Of a stretch of 64,000 nt of DNA, positions 11,447 to 21,920 are shown piece by piece (position 1 is the stretch's first letter; every line of letters starts with the position of its first letter). Location of the stretch: positions 54,412 to 118,411 of the forward strand of contig JBDHAC010000002.1 in the NCBI GenBank assembly GCA_039588275.1, given 5' to 3'. Below the pieces are notes generated by a model. The model saw only the letters and a list, made by a program, of their open reading frames with translations, searched no databases and was not told the DNA's origin. The translations under genes were made by a program, and so were the position numbers. The DNA comes from Gemmatimonadota bacterium. GTDB lineage: Bacteria; Gemmatimonadota; Gemmatimonadetes; Palauibacterales; Palauibacteraceae.

Positions 11447-12733
11447 CTACGGGTGTAGCTGTGCGGGAGCAAACCCGAGCCGGTCGAGGGCGATGCGCCC
11501 GTCGCTCATGACGAACAGCACATCCTGGTAGGCGCCGATATCCTCGAGGGGGTTGCGATCCAGCACGAGGAGATCCGCCTCGTATCCGGTCGCCACGCGG
11601 CCAAGGCGATCGTCGGCGCCGAGCAGCTCCGCGGCGACGGTGGTGGCCGCCTGGATCGCGGCGAGGGGCCCGAGCCCCACGCCCACGAGCTCGATGAGCT
11701 CGTGGCTGAGACGCAGCACGCTCTCGGACCCGTACCCCGTGTCCGTGGCGGCCGCGATCTTGACCCCGAGCCGGTGGGCGGTCGTGGCAGTCTCGCGCAC
11801 TCGGGGCAACATGTGGCGGCCGCGGATCAGGAGCGCGGCGTTGTCGTAGTCGCCCCCCGGCAGCGTCAGGTCGGACACGACCGCGATCGTGGGGACCAGG
11901 AACGTGCCGCGCTCCAGCATGAGCTCCAGCGTCTGCTCGCTCAGGTAGGTGCCGTGCTCGATGCTGCGGACGCCCGCCAGCACGGCCGCCCGGCCTCCGC
12001 CGTCTCCATGCGCGTGCGCGGCCACGGGCACGCCGGCGTTCTCCGCCTCCTCGACGAGGGCGCGCAGCTCTCCTTCATTGAAGAAGGCGACACGCGGGTC
12101 GGTCTCGGGCAGCCCGGCTCGCTCCGTGGCGTTGACCTTGATGAAGTCGACGCCGTGCTCGAGCATCACGCGAGCCACCCGGCGCAGCGGCGCCGCCCCG
12201 CGCACATCGACACCCATCAGGTCGGCAAGCTGCGGCGCATCGAGAAACAGCCCATCCGCAGGCCGCGGACGCACGTGATACCCGGCGGCCAGGATCTCCG
12301 GCCCCAGCATCGCTCCCGCGCGGGCCAGCTCGCGCAGTCCGACATCGGCGAAAAAGCCCGCACCCATCGAGCGGGCGGTTGTCACGCCCGAGTGCAGGGC
12401 GCGGCGCGCAGCGGCCAGGCTCGAGATGTGGACGTGGGTATCGATGAGTCCCGGGGACAGGTAACGGCCGCCGAGGTCGATCACGACAGCGTCCTGCGGG
12501 ATGTCGCCGCCGGGCTGCACGCTCTCGATCCGCCCGTCGCGCACGACCACGGTCACATCGCTCATCGGCGCATCAGCGAGCGGGTCGATCACGTTCGCGT
12601 GCACGAAGACGACTGGGGCCGCCTCCTGCGGCTGGGCGACGATCCAGCCTGGCGCGGCCCCCGTCAGCGCTCCGGCCAGGACCAACCCGAGGATGCACTT
12701 GGACACCGACCGACGTGGCGAGAACGACCTCAT
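11447..12733 (-). CDS. Secreted metal-dependent amidohydrolase (Xaa-Pro dipeptidase-like)
   Basis: Signal peptide, PGLIDTHVH, AAHAHG, SIEHG, AATD; GGAGGT before ATG 12733. Confidence 0.88.
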   Translation of the reverse strand: MRSFSPRRSVSKCILGLVLAGALTGAAPGWIVAQPQEAAPVVFVHANVIDPLADAPMSDVTVVVRDGRIESVQPGGDIPQDAVVIDLGGRYLSPGLIDTHVHISSLAAARRALHSGVTTARSMGAGFFADVGLRELARAGAMLGPEILAAGYHVRPRPADGLFLDAPQLADLMGVDVRGAAPLRRVARVMLEHGVDFIKVNATERAGLPETDPRVAFFNEGELRALVEEAENAGVPVAAHAHGDGGGRAAVLAGVRSIEHGTYLSEQTLELMLERGTFLVPTIAVVSDLTLPGGDYDNAALLIRGRHMLPRVRETATTAHRLGVKIAAATDTGYGSESVLRLSHELIELVGVGLGPLAAIQAATTVAAELLGADDRLGRVATGYEADLLVLDRNPLEDIGAYQDVLFVMSDGRIALDRLGFAPAQLHP

Positions 12734-12934
12734 CCGTACCTCCAGGAATCGAGACGGGCAACTTGCGGCGCAGCATATCGTGCCGATGTGGAAGGGTCGA
12801 CGCCACCCTCGGCACGGAGCGGGCTCAGGATGGCTGGGCTCCTCGGCCGCGTACACGTATCTTGTGGGTCCCCTGCAACGGCTGGTCGCATCCACCTGCC
12901 AGGGTCGCAAGCGTGTTCCCCCGGAGGAGTTCCC

Positions 12935-13855
12935 ATGTTCCAGCTCGAGGCTCGCGAGACGCTTTCGGCCGGCCTCCGGCGTCTTCTCCTCCAGCAGATC
13001 GACCTGACTCGAGATCAGGCGAACGAGAGTCGCGAGCCGCTGAACGTCCGCGTCCACGAGGCGCGCAAGGCGTTCAAACGCAGCCGCGCGCTCCTTCGCT
13101 TCGTGCGGGAGGAGCTCGGGACGGAGGCCTACACCGGGTTCAATCGGACTTTCCGTGACGCGGGACGGCGTTTGGCGACGCGGCGGACCAACTGGGTCCT
13201 GCGGAAGCTCGCCTCGCGTTTCCTCAGCGAAGCCGAGGACTCCGTCGCCATCAAGGGGTTTGCCAAGCTCGGGGCGGCGTTGGAAGACGGCGTTGACGAG
13301 GACACCCGGGAGCTGGACGACGACGGTCAGCTCGCCGCCGATCTGAATGCCTCACGCGAGCGCGTCGCGGCGTGGCCGGTGGAGCGAGACGATTTCGACC
13401 TCGTCCGCCCCGGGCTGTTCCGGGTGTATCGAACCGGGCGCAGACGAATGCGGGCGGCACAGCTCGACCCGAGCAGCGAGCGGCTCCACGAGTGGAGGAA
13501 GGTCGTCAAATACCTGTGGCATCAAGTCGAGGTGCTCGTGCCCACCAACCCGGTGATCCTCGGGCCCTTCGCGGAGACCGTGCACTCGTTGGCCGACCTG
13601 TTGGGGGATGAGCACGATCTCTGCGATCTCCTCCAAACCGCGCGTAGCGGGGGCGCGCTCGCGAGTGATGACGAGCTCCGGGCCGTGGAACGGCGGTTGG
13701 AGCAGGAGCGTTCTCGAATCCGGCGCGCCATATGGCCGATCGCGGAGGATGTGTATCGGGAGAAGCCCGGCGAGTTCTCGCGCCGGTTGGCCGAGTACTG
13801 GGGCGAATGGCGCGTCGAGGCAACGCCACAAGGCGTCGCGGGGTATGGGGTCTGA
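12935..13855 (+). CDS. CHAD domain protein (polyphosphate-binding)
   Basis: VHEARKAFKRSRALLR, LHEWRKVVKYL, LGDEHD; GGAGGAG SD; adjacent to ppk1. Confidence 0.88.
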   Translation: MFQLEARETLSAGLRRLLLQQIDLTRDQANESREPLNVRVHEARKAFKRSRALLRFVREELGTEAYTGFNRTFRDAGRRLATRRTNWVLRKLASRFLSEAEDSVAIKGFAKLGAALEDGVDEDTRELDDDGQLAADLNASRERVAAWPVERDDFDLVRPGLFRVYRTGRRRMRAAQLDPSSERLHEWRKVVKYLWHQVEVLVPTNPVILGPFAETVHSLADLLGDEHDLCDLLQTARSGGALASDDELRAVERRLEQERSRIRRAIWPIAEDVYREKPGEFSRRLAEYWGEWRVEATPQGVAGYGV

Positions 13856-13945
13856 TCGCGACAGGACCCCGACGGCACGACGTCCGGGGTGGACGGCGTC
13901 CGCAGTTGGCAGCGGTGGTCCGTTGATTACGGGTCGGGGGTCCGT

Positions 13946-16270
13946 ATGAGTCAGAAGCCGACCGAAAGCGAGCGGGGCGTAGTCCGCGACCCGCGCGGGA
14001 ACGGGCAGCCGAAACCGCCCGCCGAGCCGGTGGCGCGCACGATCCCGATCTCCGGGTCCACCCCCGAGACCGGCGTCCCGGCTCCGGCCGACACAGGCAC
14101 CGATGAGGGCGGGGGGTTCGCGATCCCGTGGGCTGTCGCCCCCCGTGGTGTTCCCTCGGATGTAGAGTCCTCCGACCCGTCTCTCTTCTTCAACCGGGAG
14201 TTGAGCTGGCTCGACTTCAATTGGCGGGTGCTCGACAAGGCACTCGACGCGCGCACGCCCCTCATCGAGCGCGTCCGATTCCTCGCCATCACCGCCAGCA
14301 ACCTGGACGAGTTCTTCATGAAGCGGGTCGGGGGGTTGAAGCGTCAGCTGGCGGCGGGCCTCATGAGGCTTTCCGTCGACGGTCGGACGCCCGCGGAGCA
14401 GCTCGCGCTCATCCGTGAAGCGGTCTCGCAAATGAGCGAGAAGATGCTGGAGACCTGGCGTGAGCTACGCGGACCGCTGGCTGACAAGGCCGAGATCAAG
14501 GTCGACCGATACGAAGCGCTCGAAGAGGACGAGCGAGAGCGACTGCACGAGCTCTTCCGTCGAGAGATCTACCCGATGCTCACGCCGCTCGCCGTCGACC
14601 CGGGACATCCGTTTCCGTTCCTCTCCAACCTGAGCGTCTCGCTAGCCGTGGTGCTTCGCCACCCCGAACGCCGGACAATGCACTTCGCGCGAGTGAAGAT
14701 CCCCACGAGCCGCTCACGTTGGATCCAGCTCGAGAAAGACGGCGGGTTCCTACCCGTCGAGGAGCTCGTGCGCGCGCACGTGGACGAGCTGTTCCGGGGG
14801 ATGGAGATCCGGTCCGCGCACCTGTTCCGGGTGACTCGGAACGCGGATGTTCGCCGGGCCGAGGAAGAGGCGGACGATCTGATTCGGATGATCTCGGAGG
14901 AGCTGCGTGAGCGCCGCTTCGCCCCCGTGGTCCGTCTCGAAGTCGAGCCGCAGATGCCGGAATCCGTCCGGGCGCTCCTGCTCCGCGAGCTCGAGCTGGA
15001 GACCGATGACCTGTACGAGGTCGACGGGCTGTTGGATCTGGCGGGTTTGACGGAGCTCACGGAGGCCGTGGGGCCAAAGCACCAGTTCGAGCCGTGGGAG
15101 CCGCTCATCCCACCGCAGCTCCTGCTCGAGCGTGCGACCGAGGACGCGCCCGACATCTTCGCGGTTCTTCGGGCGCAGGATCTGCTCGTTCATCACCCGT
15201 ACGATTCGTTCGCCGCGTCGGTGCAGAGGTTCGTGGAGGAGGCGGCGGACGATCCCTCGGTTCTGGCCATCAAGCAGACGCTATACCGTACCTCGGACGA
15301 ATCGCCCGTCGTACGGGCGCTCGTGCGTGCCGCCGAATCGGGGAAGCAGGTAGCCGTCCTGGTCGAGGTGAAGGCGCGGTTCGACGAAGCGGACAACATC
15401 GGCTGGGGTCGGGTCCTGGCAGACGCGGGCGCGCACGTCACGTACGGCGTCACGGGTCTGAAGACGCATGCCAAAGTGGCGCTCGTGCTGCGCGACGAGC
15501 CCGAGGGCATCCGCGCGTATACGCACGTGGGCACCGGCAACTACCACTCGGGCACCGCTCGGTTGTACACGGACATCGGGCTGCTTACGGGCCGACCGGG
15601 TATCGGCCGCGATGCGGTGAACCTCTTCCACTATCTGACCGGTTACGCGCCCGAGCAGGAGTACGGGAACCTGCTGATCGCCCCCCGGGACCTGCGCCCG
15701 GCTTTCATGGAGCTCATCGAGCGCGAGATCGAGTCTCAGCGCGAGTCCGGGTCAGGCCGAATCATCGCGAAGATGAACGGGTTGGACGACGGAGATACGA
15801 TCGAGGCCCTATACCGCGCTTCGGTCGAGGGAGTGTGCATCGACCTGATCGTTCGGGGGCTGTGCCGGTTGCGTCCCGGTCTCCCCGGAATCAGCGAGAA
15901 CATCCGGGTTCGGAGCATCATCGGACGGTTTCTCGAGCACGACCGGCTCTACTGGTTCGAGAACGGGGGCAAGCCGAGGGTCTTCCTGGGCAGCGCGGAC
16001 TGGCGTCGCCGCAACCTCGACGACCGTGTCGAGGCGCTCGTGGAAGTCGAGACCAAGAAGCTGAGGAAGCAGCTTCGCCGGGTTCTGAGGGAGGCACTCA
16101 GGGACAACGAGCTTTCCTGGGAGCTGTCGCCGGATGGGTCCTGGGTGCGCTGCCGGCCCGCCGACGGGCAGAAACGGCGCAACTTTCACCGCGGGATGAT
16201 GCGTCGGGCGCGCAAGCGCCGCATGAGGTTCGGGGCGTGGGATCTCCCGCCCCGTCCAGCCGCGGGTTGA
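13946..16270 (+). CDS. ppk1: Polyphosphate kinase 1
   Basis: FNRELSWLDFN, HHPYDSF, KARFDE, KTHAK, GTGNY, GRFLEH motifs. Confidence 0.97.
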   Translation: MSQKPTESERGVVRDPRGNGQPKPPAEPVARTIPISGSTPETGVPAPADTGTDEGGGFAIPWAVAPRGVPSDVESSDPSLFFNRELSWLDFNWRVLDKALDARTPLIERVRFLAITASNLDEFFMKRVGGLKRQLAAGLMRLSVDGRTPAEQLALIREAVSQMSEKMLETWRELRGPLADKAEIKVDRYEALEEDERERLHELFRREIYPMLTPLAVDPGHPFPFLSNLSVSLAVVLRHPERRTMHFARVKIPTSRSRWIQLEKDGGFLPVEELVRAHVDELFRGMEIRSAHLFRVTRNADVRRAEEEADDLIRMISEELRERRFAPVVRLEVEPQMPESVRALLLRELELETDDLYEVDGLLDLAGLTELTEAVGPKHQFEPWEPLIPPQLLLERATEDAPDIFAVLRAQDLLVHHPYDSFAASVQRFVEEAADDPSVLAIKQTLYRTSDESPVVRALVRAAESGKQVAVLVEVKARFDEADNIGWGRVLADAGAHVTYGVTGLKTHAKVALVLRDEPEGIRAYTHVGTGNYHSGTARLYTDIGLLTGRPGIGRDAVNLFHYLTGYAPEQEYGNLLIAPRDLRPAFMELIEREIESQRESGSGRIIAKMNGLDDGDTIEALYRASVEGVCIDLIVRGLCRLRPGLPGISENIRVRSIIGRFLEHDRLYWFENGGKPRVFLGSADWRRRNLDDRVEALVEVETKKLRKQLRRVLREALRDNELSWELSPDGSWVRCRPADGQKRRNFHRGMMRRARKRRMRFGAWDLPPRPAAG

Positions 16271-16353
16271 TCCAGCGGCCTGGCCCGGGCCGGGACACCC
16301 CCATGGCCAGCTAGGACCGCGTGTTCTTCACCAGGTGCCTGCCTGTTTCGAGT

Positions 16354-17538
16354 TTAGAAATGGAACTGGTACTGCGCCTTGAACGAGTTCTCGCCATCCA
16401 GCGAATCGTCCGAGAACGCGACGATGTCCCAGTTCAGCGCTAACTTGTTCCGCCCCCCGAAAAAGATCTGGAGGCCGGGAGTAAAGCCCCACACTCCGTC
16501 GTTCTCCAGATCCGCGTTCGGATCGGCCATCGTCACGCGGAAGAGCGGTTCGATGGCCTCGAAGAAGTAGGTGCCCTCCAGCGGGATCTTGTAGCTCCCG
16601 ATCACCTGCCAGGTGTACATGTCCGCGAGCGACTCGTCCGCCACGAGGTCGGGAGTTCCCCCGGATTCGCTCTGCAACGCGTTCTCGCCGAACACGAACC
16701 CGGCCTGTACGTGCGGCCCCTCGCTGAAATCACCCAGCTCGCCCCACACCTCGACATTGCCGAAACGACGGGCACCCAACGATTCGTTCGGGCGCGTGAA
16801 CGGGATGTCGGTGAGCGCACCGGCCACCGCGATCTGCAACGGCAGACTGCCGACGTCGAGGTTGACCGCCGCCCGCCCGATGAACTGCTTGTCGGTATCC
16901 ACGTCCTCGTTGGCGGAGGGGCTGTTTCCGTTGAAGGCACCCAGCCAGTACTGAAAGCGTCCATCCGCGGTGCTGCCGTCGATCATGACCCCGATATCGC
17001 GGTCAGACAGCCGGTTCCGGGTCGTCAGCTCGTCGAGCGACAGCGCCGTGCTCCCCGAGACGCCCGGGATGTCCACATCCCGCTCGATCGTGAGGATCTG
17101 GGTCGAGCTGGTCATCAGGAAGCCATCGAAGGGCTTCTTGTACTGGCCGATCGTGATCCTCGCGTGGGAGTGCTCCGCATCGGGATTGAGATTCAACCGT
17201 CCGAAGGCGTCCTTGAGGACAACGCCGTCGACCTGGTCGAAATCCGGCTGGATGCGGCCCTCGATCCAGTCGTTGAACTTGGCGTGCAGGGTGAACCTCG
17301 CCCGCCGAATGAACATGTCGATTCCGGGTACGTCCTGACCGCATGTGGAGGATGGCGCCGCGTTGTCGGTGCTGTAGTCCGAGCACGTGCTCGTCGTCGC
17401 CTGGAGCTGAAAACGCCCCGAGAGCGAAACCTCCGCGGCTTTCGAAGTGAACGTCACCTGCGCCGCGGCCGGTCGGGCCAATGCTGCGACACAACCCGAG
17501 GCCAGGCAGACCTGTAGCGCAAACCTTCCGATCCTCAA
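16354..17538 (-). CDS. Outer-membrane porin (OprO/OprP-like)
   Basis: Signal peptide ending AAAQ, IRRAR, GQYKKPF, RDIG, C-terminal YQFHF; TTG start after AGGAGG. Confidence 0.75.
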   Translation of the reverse strand: MRIGRFALQVCLASGCVAALARPAAAQVTFTSKAAEVSLSGRFQLQATTSTCSDYSTDNAAPSSTCGQDVPGIDMFIRRARFTLHAKFNDWIEGRIQPDFDQVDGVVLKDAFGRLNLNPDAEHSHARITIGQYKKPFDGFLMTSSTQILTIERDVDIPGVSGSTALSLDELTTRNRLSDRDIGVMIDGSTADGRFQYWLGAFNGNSPSANEDVDTDKQFIGRAAVNLDVGSLPLQIAVAGALTDIPFTRPNESLGARRFGNVEVWGELGDFSEGPHVQAGFVFGENALQSESGGTPDLVADESLADMYTWQVIGSYKIPLEGTYFFEAIEPLFRVTMADPNADLENDGVWGFTPGLQIFFGGRNKLALNWDIVAFSDDSLDGENSFKAQYQFHF

Positions 17539-17690
17539 TCGGACCTCCTGTCGTGTGCTCGGGGGTTCGGCCGCCACACCCCGAGGTCGATGGTGGGGAA
17601 CGGCGACGTGGAGCAACGGGCGGGCGATCGTACGGCTCGCCCTGGTGGAGGAGCCGCCTTCGCCAGCGAGCGCGGCCGCGACTCCGGCCG

Positions 17691-18779
17691 CTAGAAATCC
17701 ACCTGCGCGACCAGCAGGAACTGCCCGCCGTCCAGGAACGGGCTCGGCGGTGAATCGTGCAGCTCGATCGCGTACTGTAGACCGAATTTCGCGTACTGCC
17801 CGGGAAAGATGTTGATGCCGAGGAGCACGAAATCGCGGTTCTCGCCTACGGCCGGGCTGAAGCCGTCGTAGCGCGCGACCGCCTCGATCGCGCCACCCCA
17901 GAACAGATAGCCGGCCTCTACGTAGCCGCCGTAGGCATCGAGGGCTACCTCCGACTCATCCGGCTCATCCGGTGACAGCTCGGCGTCGTAGTCGCCCCGC
18001 AGGTATTCGCCGGTGATGGACCAACCCCTATAGCTGGCGTGCACGTCGACCGACCACAGGAACCGATCGCCGGCAAACGCGTCCTCGAACCCGATCGAGC
18101 CCTCGCCGGGTGCCGTCCCTTCGAACCCCGGACCGAGCTCGGCCGCGGTGTCCTCCGAATAGGCCACGCTCGCGCCGGCCTGGAGGACGAAGTCCTCGTA
18201 GAACGGGACCGGGCCGATCGTATTGTACTGGACCCGGCCGGCGAACATGTAGTCGCTGCCGTCGTTCTCGAGCCGACGTCCGTTGCCGTTGAAGACGCCG
18301 GCCCCGTAGGTGAGCCTCGCGTCCACCGCCTCGCCCCGGAGCTCGACGCCTACCTGACGTCCCGGTGCGATGGCTTCCGCAGCCTGAGAGCGCTCGAGGA
18401 ACGTGAGTTGGCCTTTGTCCGTCAGCGCCTCCAAGCCGAACGCGGGGCGGAACAGCCCGAGCCCGATCTCGGCCTCGGGACGGATCGGCAGCCCGGCGCG
18501 AGCGTCCAGGAGCTTGAACTCGTCATCGGCCTCGTCGTATTCGACCTGAACGAAGTAATCGAAGATGATCCCGATCTTCCCGGACAAACCGAGCCTCGCG
18601 TCGAACACGTCGAATCCGTCGCTACGCTCGGATGACGCCGGCTCCACGCGAACCCCGGTCCTCAGCAAGCCACGCACCTCGAGGTCGGATTGCGCGGCTG
18701 CGTCCCGCGGTAGCGCGAACATCGGAATGGCTGCCGAGGCCACCAGCACCGGAGTCCACAAGCTCGATGCTCGGAGCAT
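17691..18779 (-). CDS. Outer-membrane porin (OprO/OprP-like)
   Basis: Signal peptide, DARLGLSG, FLERS, GRQVG, GVFNG, C-terminal aromatic residue (QVDF). Confidence 0.75.
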   Translation of the reverse strand: MLRASSLWTPVLVASAAIPMFALPRDAAAQSDLEVRGLLRTGVRVEPASSERSDGFDVFDARLGLSGKIGIIFDYFVQVEYDEADDEFKLLDARAGLPIRPEAEIGLGLFRPAFGLEALTDKGQLTFLERSQAAEAIAPGRQVGVELRGEAVDARLTYGAGVFNGNGRRLENDGSDYMFAGRVQYNTIGPVPFYEDFVLQAGASVAYSEDTAAELGPGFEGTAPGEGSIGFEDAFAGDRFLWSVDVHASYRGWSITGEYLRGDYDAELSPDEPDESEVALDAYGGYVEAGYLFWGGAIEAVARYDGFSPAVGENRDFVLLGINIFPGQYAKFGLQYAIELHDSPPSPFLDGGQFLLVAQVDF

Positions 18780-18805
18780 CGCCCTACCTCGCTTCTTCCC
18801 CATCC

Positions 18806-19600
18806 TCATCCCTTGGTTTCTCCGTTCAGATCATCTTCCGTATCGATCCGGGTCTCTACGTCCCCCTCGGGACCGCCGTTCCCGACCGACTGCACGTTCT
18901 CCGCTGCGCCCTCGATCAACTCGTCGGGAAACAGCCACCGCCACCCACCGAGCCCGATCGCGGCATTGATCCAGAAATGGGCCACGATCGCGGGAAACAG
19001 GCTTCCCGTCAGGATCACCGGAAGAGCGAGCGTAAACCCCAACGTACCCGCACGAATGACGCCAGCGAGCCGTTGATACCCATGCGAGAGCCCGAACGAA
19101 AGTGACACCACCGCGGCTCCCAGCCATGGCGAGTCCAGCCAGGCCGTCGACACCGCCAGCAGGAATCCCCGGAACACGTACTCCTCGCACACCGCAGCCA
19201 CACCAGACAGCACGAGGAACGCTCGTTTCTCGGGCGCGGTTCGCGGCATCAACAGGCGCGCGAGCGCTCCTTCGGTGAGACCGACCGCGCGTGCGCCGTG
19301 CGTCACGAGCCACGCGACCGCGAGCCCCGCGACGGTGAACCCGACTCCCCACGTGAACCCCTGCGTGGCGTCCGAGACCCGCCAGCCGAGAAGAGCCGCC
19401 TCCACATCCTGCCAGGCCGTCACCGCGAGCGTGATGCCGGCGATCAGTAGGAGCGAGAACGCCACCGAGCCGTAGATGGCCCGGCGGAATTCGAGCTGTT
19501 GCTCGTCGAGAACGCCACGCCGGGCGTCGTTCCACGCGACCAGAGGCAGCCCCGCGAGCACGAGGCCGGCGTAGATGCTGAGGATCGCGTTGGGCTCCAT
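18806..19600 (-). CDS. CPBP (CAAX/Abi) intramembrane metalloprotease
   Basis: CEEYVFRG, FGLSH, AIVAHFWIN motifs. Confidence 0.88.
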   Translation of the reverse strand: MEPNAILSIYAGLVLAGLPLVAWNDARRGVLDEQQLEFRRAIYGSVAFSLLLIAGITLAVTAWQDVEAALLGWRVSDATQGFTWGVGFTVAGLAVAWLVTHGARAVGLTEGALARLLMPRTAPEKRAFLVLSGVAAVCEEYVFRGFLLAVSTAWLDSPWLGAAVVSLSFGLSHGYQRLAGVIRAGTLGFTLALPVILTGSLFPAIVAHFWINAAIGLGGWRWLFPDELIEGAAENVQSVGNGGPEGDVETRIDTEDDLNGETKG

Positions 19601-19862
19601 CTCGATCGCGGTGGCCTCGTTTGACGGGCGGAGGGGTACTGAATCCGACCGGCGGTCGAACGGCTGGCGGCGTATGAACCTCGATCGATACGGGATGTCG
19701 GTCGCTGGTGCAACACGGACCTATGGCTTTTGGCGTTGCGAGGCCATCTTTCGGAGGGCGGCCGAGCCCCTTTGCCGTAGCTCGGCGCCGTGCAGCGCGA
19801 GAATCCGGGGCCGGAGCGACGGCCGGAACCCGGCCCTCGCCCAACCGGTGGATCGCGATCGT

Positions 19863-20792
19863 ATGAGAATCGACCTGGCCATCGCGCAGTTTCGGCCCAC
19901 GAAGGGGGACACCGAGGCCACACTGGCCGATATACAGGCGGTCCTCGGCCGCGTGGCCGCGATCGAGCCCCACCCCCAGCTGGTCGTGTTTCCCGAGACC
20001 GCGCTCACCGGATACTTCCTCGAGGGCGGTGTGCGCGAGGAGGCCATGTCGGCCGACACCCTGTTCGAGCGACTGTGCGAGCGCTACGCCAACGTCAGCG
20101 ATGATCCGATCGATGTCGCGATCGGGTTCTACGAGCTCCGCGATCGCAAGATTTACAACTCGGCTCTATACGCCCAGCTCGGCGCGTACGAGCCACGCAT
20201 CGTGCACGTCCACAGAAAGACGTTCCTCCCGACCTACGGCGTCTTCCAGGAGGAGCGCTTCGTGGAAGCCGGGGCCGGGATCGCGGCCTTCGATACCCGC
20301 CTGGGGCGTGTGGCCGTGCTGATCTGCGAGGAGGCGTTTCACTCGATCTCGGGAACGGTAGCCGCCCTCGACGGGGCTGAGCTGATCCTGGTGCTGAGCG
20401 CGTCCCCCGCTCGAGGGGCCGAGCCCGGCGCAGGGGTGCCGGGGAACGTGGCACGGTGGGACTTGCTCGGAAGCGCGCTCGCCGGCGAGCACGGCGTGTA
20501 CGTGGCCGTCTCCCAGCTCGCCGGATTCGAGGGTGGAAAGGGATTCGCTGGGGGCTCGGCCGCCTACTCGCCGCGGGGGGATCGCATCGCCCGTGGTCCG
20601 CTGTGGAGCGACGATCTCCTCGCCCTACAGGTCGACCTCGAGGACGTGATCTCGGCGCGTGCGGAGGAACCGTTGCTGGCGGACCTCGAGCGCATGTGGA
20701 TGAGATTGCTCATCAACAGTCCGGGCGCGCGCATCTCGGCCCCTGACCCCCGCTCCGGCGTGCCGGGTGCCGGGGAGGAGGCGGACGCGTGA
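19863..20792 (+). CDS. C-N hydrolase, probable glutaminase subunit of a split NAD+ synthetase
   Basis: VFPET, HRKTFLPTYGVFQEERF, LICEE; 4-nt overlap with nadE. Confidence 0.85.
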   Translation: MRIDLAIAQFRPTKGDTEATLADIQAVLGRVAAIEPHPQLVVFPETALTGYFLEGGVREEAMSADTLFERLCERYANVSDDPIDVAIGFYELRDRKIYNSALYAQLGAYEPRIVHVHRKTFLPTYGVFQEERFVEAGAGIAAFDTRLGRVAVLICEEAFHSISGTVAALDGAELILVLSASPARGAEPGAGVPGNVARWDLLGSALAGEHGVYVAVSQLAGFEGGKGFAGGSAAYSPRGDRIARGPLWSDDLLALQVDLEDVISARAEEPLLADLERMWMRLLINSPGARISAPDPRSGVPGAGEEADA

Positions 20793-21688
20793 ACGACGCC
20801 GTCCCCCCGCCGACGCTCGATTGGGGACACCCCTCGATCCGGAGCGCCTCGCCGCCCGCGCCCGGCGATCTCCGTCCGCTCGAGGTGGACGCGGAACTCC
20901 TGGAGGCTTGGCTGGTCGAGTTTCTGCGCGACGAGATCGTGCGGCGACGCGGCTTCCGACGCGTCGTGGTCGGTCTCTCGGGGGGGGTGGATTCGTCGCT
21001 TACGGCGGCGCTCTGCGCCCGTGCCCTGGGCCCGGACTCGGTGTACGGATTCCTCCTGCCGTACCGCACGAGCAGCCCTGCGAGCGCCGAGCACGCCGAG
21101 GCTCTCGCCCGCGAGCTGGGAATCTCGACTCGCACGATCGAGATCACGGATGCGGTCGACGGCTATCTGGAGCGGCACGAGCCGGGCGCCGGCGACCATC
21201 GACGCGGCAACGTCGCGGCGCGACAGCGGATGATCATCCTGTTCGATCAGGCCTACAAGCTGGGGGCGTTGCCCGTGGGCACCGGGAACAAGTCCGAGCG
21301 CTTGCTCGGCTACTTCACGTGGCACGCCGACGACTCGCCCCCCATCAACCCGCTCGGGGATCTCTTCAAGACCCAGGTGTGGGCGCTGGCACGTGCCGTG
21401 GGCCTGCCGTCCGAGATCGTGGACAAGCCGGCGACCGCCGACCTGATTCGTGGCCAAACCGATGAGGGCGATCTGGGGATCTCGTATCCCGAGGCGGACC
21501 TGATCCTGCACCATCTCGTGAGCGGGTACACGTCGCACCGACTCATCGAGTGCGGGTTCAGCGAGGCGCAGATCGAGATCGTATGCCGGCGGCTCGACGG
21601 CACACACTGGAAGCGCCACTTGCCGACCGTCGCCATGCTCTCATCGACCGCGATCGGCGAGTGGTACCTGCGACCGGTGGATTATTGA
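20789..21688 (+). CDS. nadE: NAD+ synthetase
   Basis: GLSGGVDS, GNVAARQRM, GTGNKSE, KPATADL, QTDEGDLG motifs. Confidence 0.95.
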   Translation: MNDAVPPPTLDWGHPSIRSASPPAPGDLRPLEVDAELLEAWLVEFLRDEIVRRRGFRRVVVGLSGGVDSSLTAALCARALGPDSVYGFLLPYRTSSPASAEHAEALARELGISTRTIEITDAVDGYLERHEPGAGDHRRGNVAARQRMIILFDQAYKLGALPVGTGNKSERLLGYFTWHADDSPPINPLGDLFKTQVWALARAVGLPSEIVDKPATADLIRGQTDEGDLGISYPEADLILHHLVSGYTSHRLIECGFSEAQIEIVCRRLDGTHWKRHLPTVAMLSSTAIGEWYLRPVDY

Positions 21689-21759
21689 GCACCACGAAAA
21701 AGCCGCCGGCGATCAGCCGACGGCCTGGCAGGTCGCTCAGCGCCTGCGTCGTCCCGCGA

Positions 21760-21832
21760 TACCCCCTAGGGGAATCGAACCCCTGTCTCCTGGCTGAGAA
21801 CCAGGTATCCTTGGCCACTAGACGAAGGGGGC
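21760..21832 (-). tRNA. tRNA-Glu (anticodon CTC); CCA not encoded
   Basis: GCCCCCT acceptor stem, CCTGG-TTCTCAG-CCAGG anticodon arm, AGGGG-TTCGATT-CCCCT T arm. Confidence 0.95.
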
Positions 21833-21853
21833 ACGTCTGTGTTGGGGGACGGT

Positions 21854-21881
21854 ATTCTAGGGCGCCGCATGCCCCTGTCAA
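21854..21881 (-). promoter_or_regulatory. Sigma70 promoter for tRNA-Glu
   Basis: Minus strand TTGACA-16 nt-TAGAAT about 20 nt upstream of the tRNA. Confidence 0.7.
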
Positions 21882-21920
21882 GCCGGCGGCCCGCTGGATC
21901 TCGAGAGCTGATTCGAACCG

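Noticed and set aside
11702..12934. Long N-terminal extension of the CHAD ORF in the track
   Set aside because: Antisense to the amidohydrolase; a strong SD supports ATG 12935
21760..21832. Genomic island integrated at tRNA-Glu
   Set aside because: No integrase, no duplicated tRNA 3' end seen, housekeeping flanks
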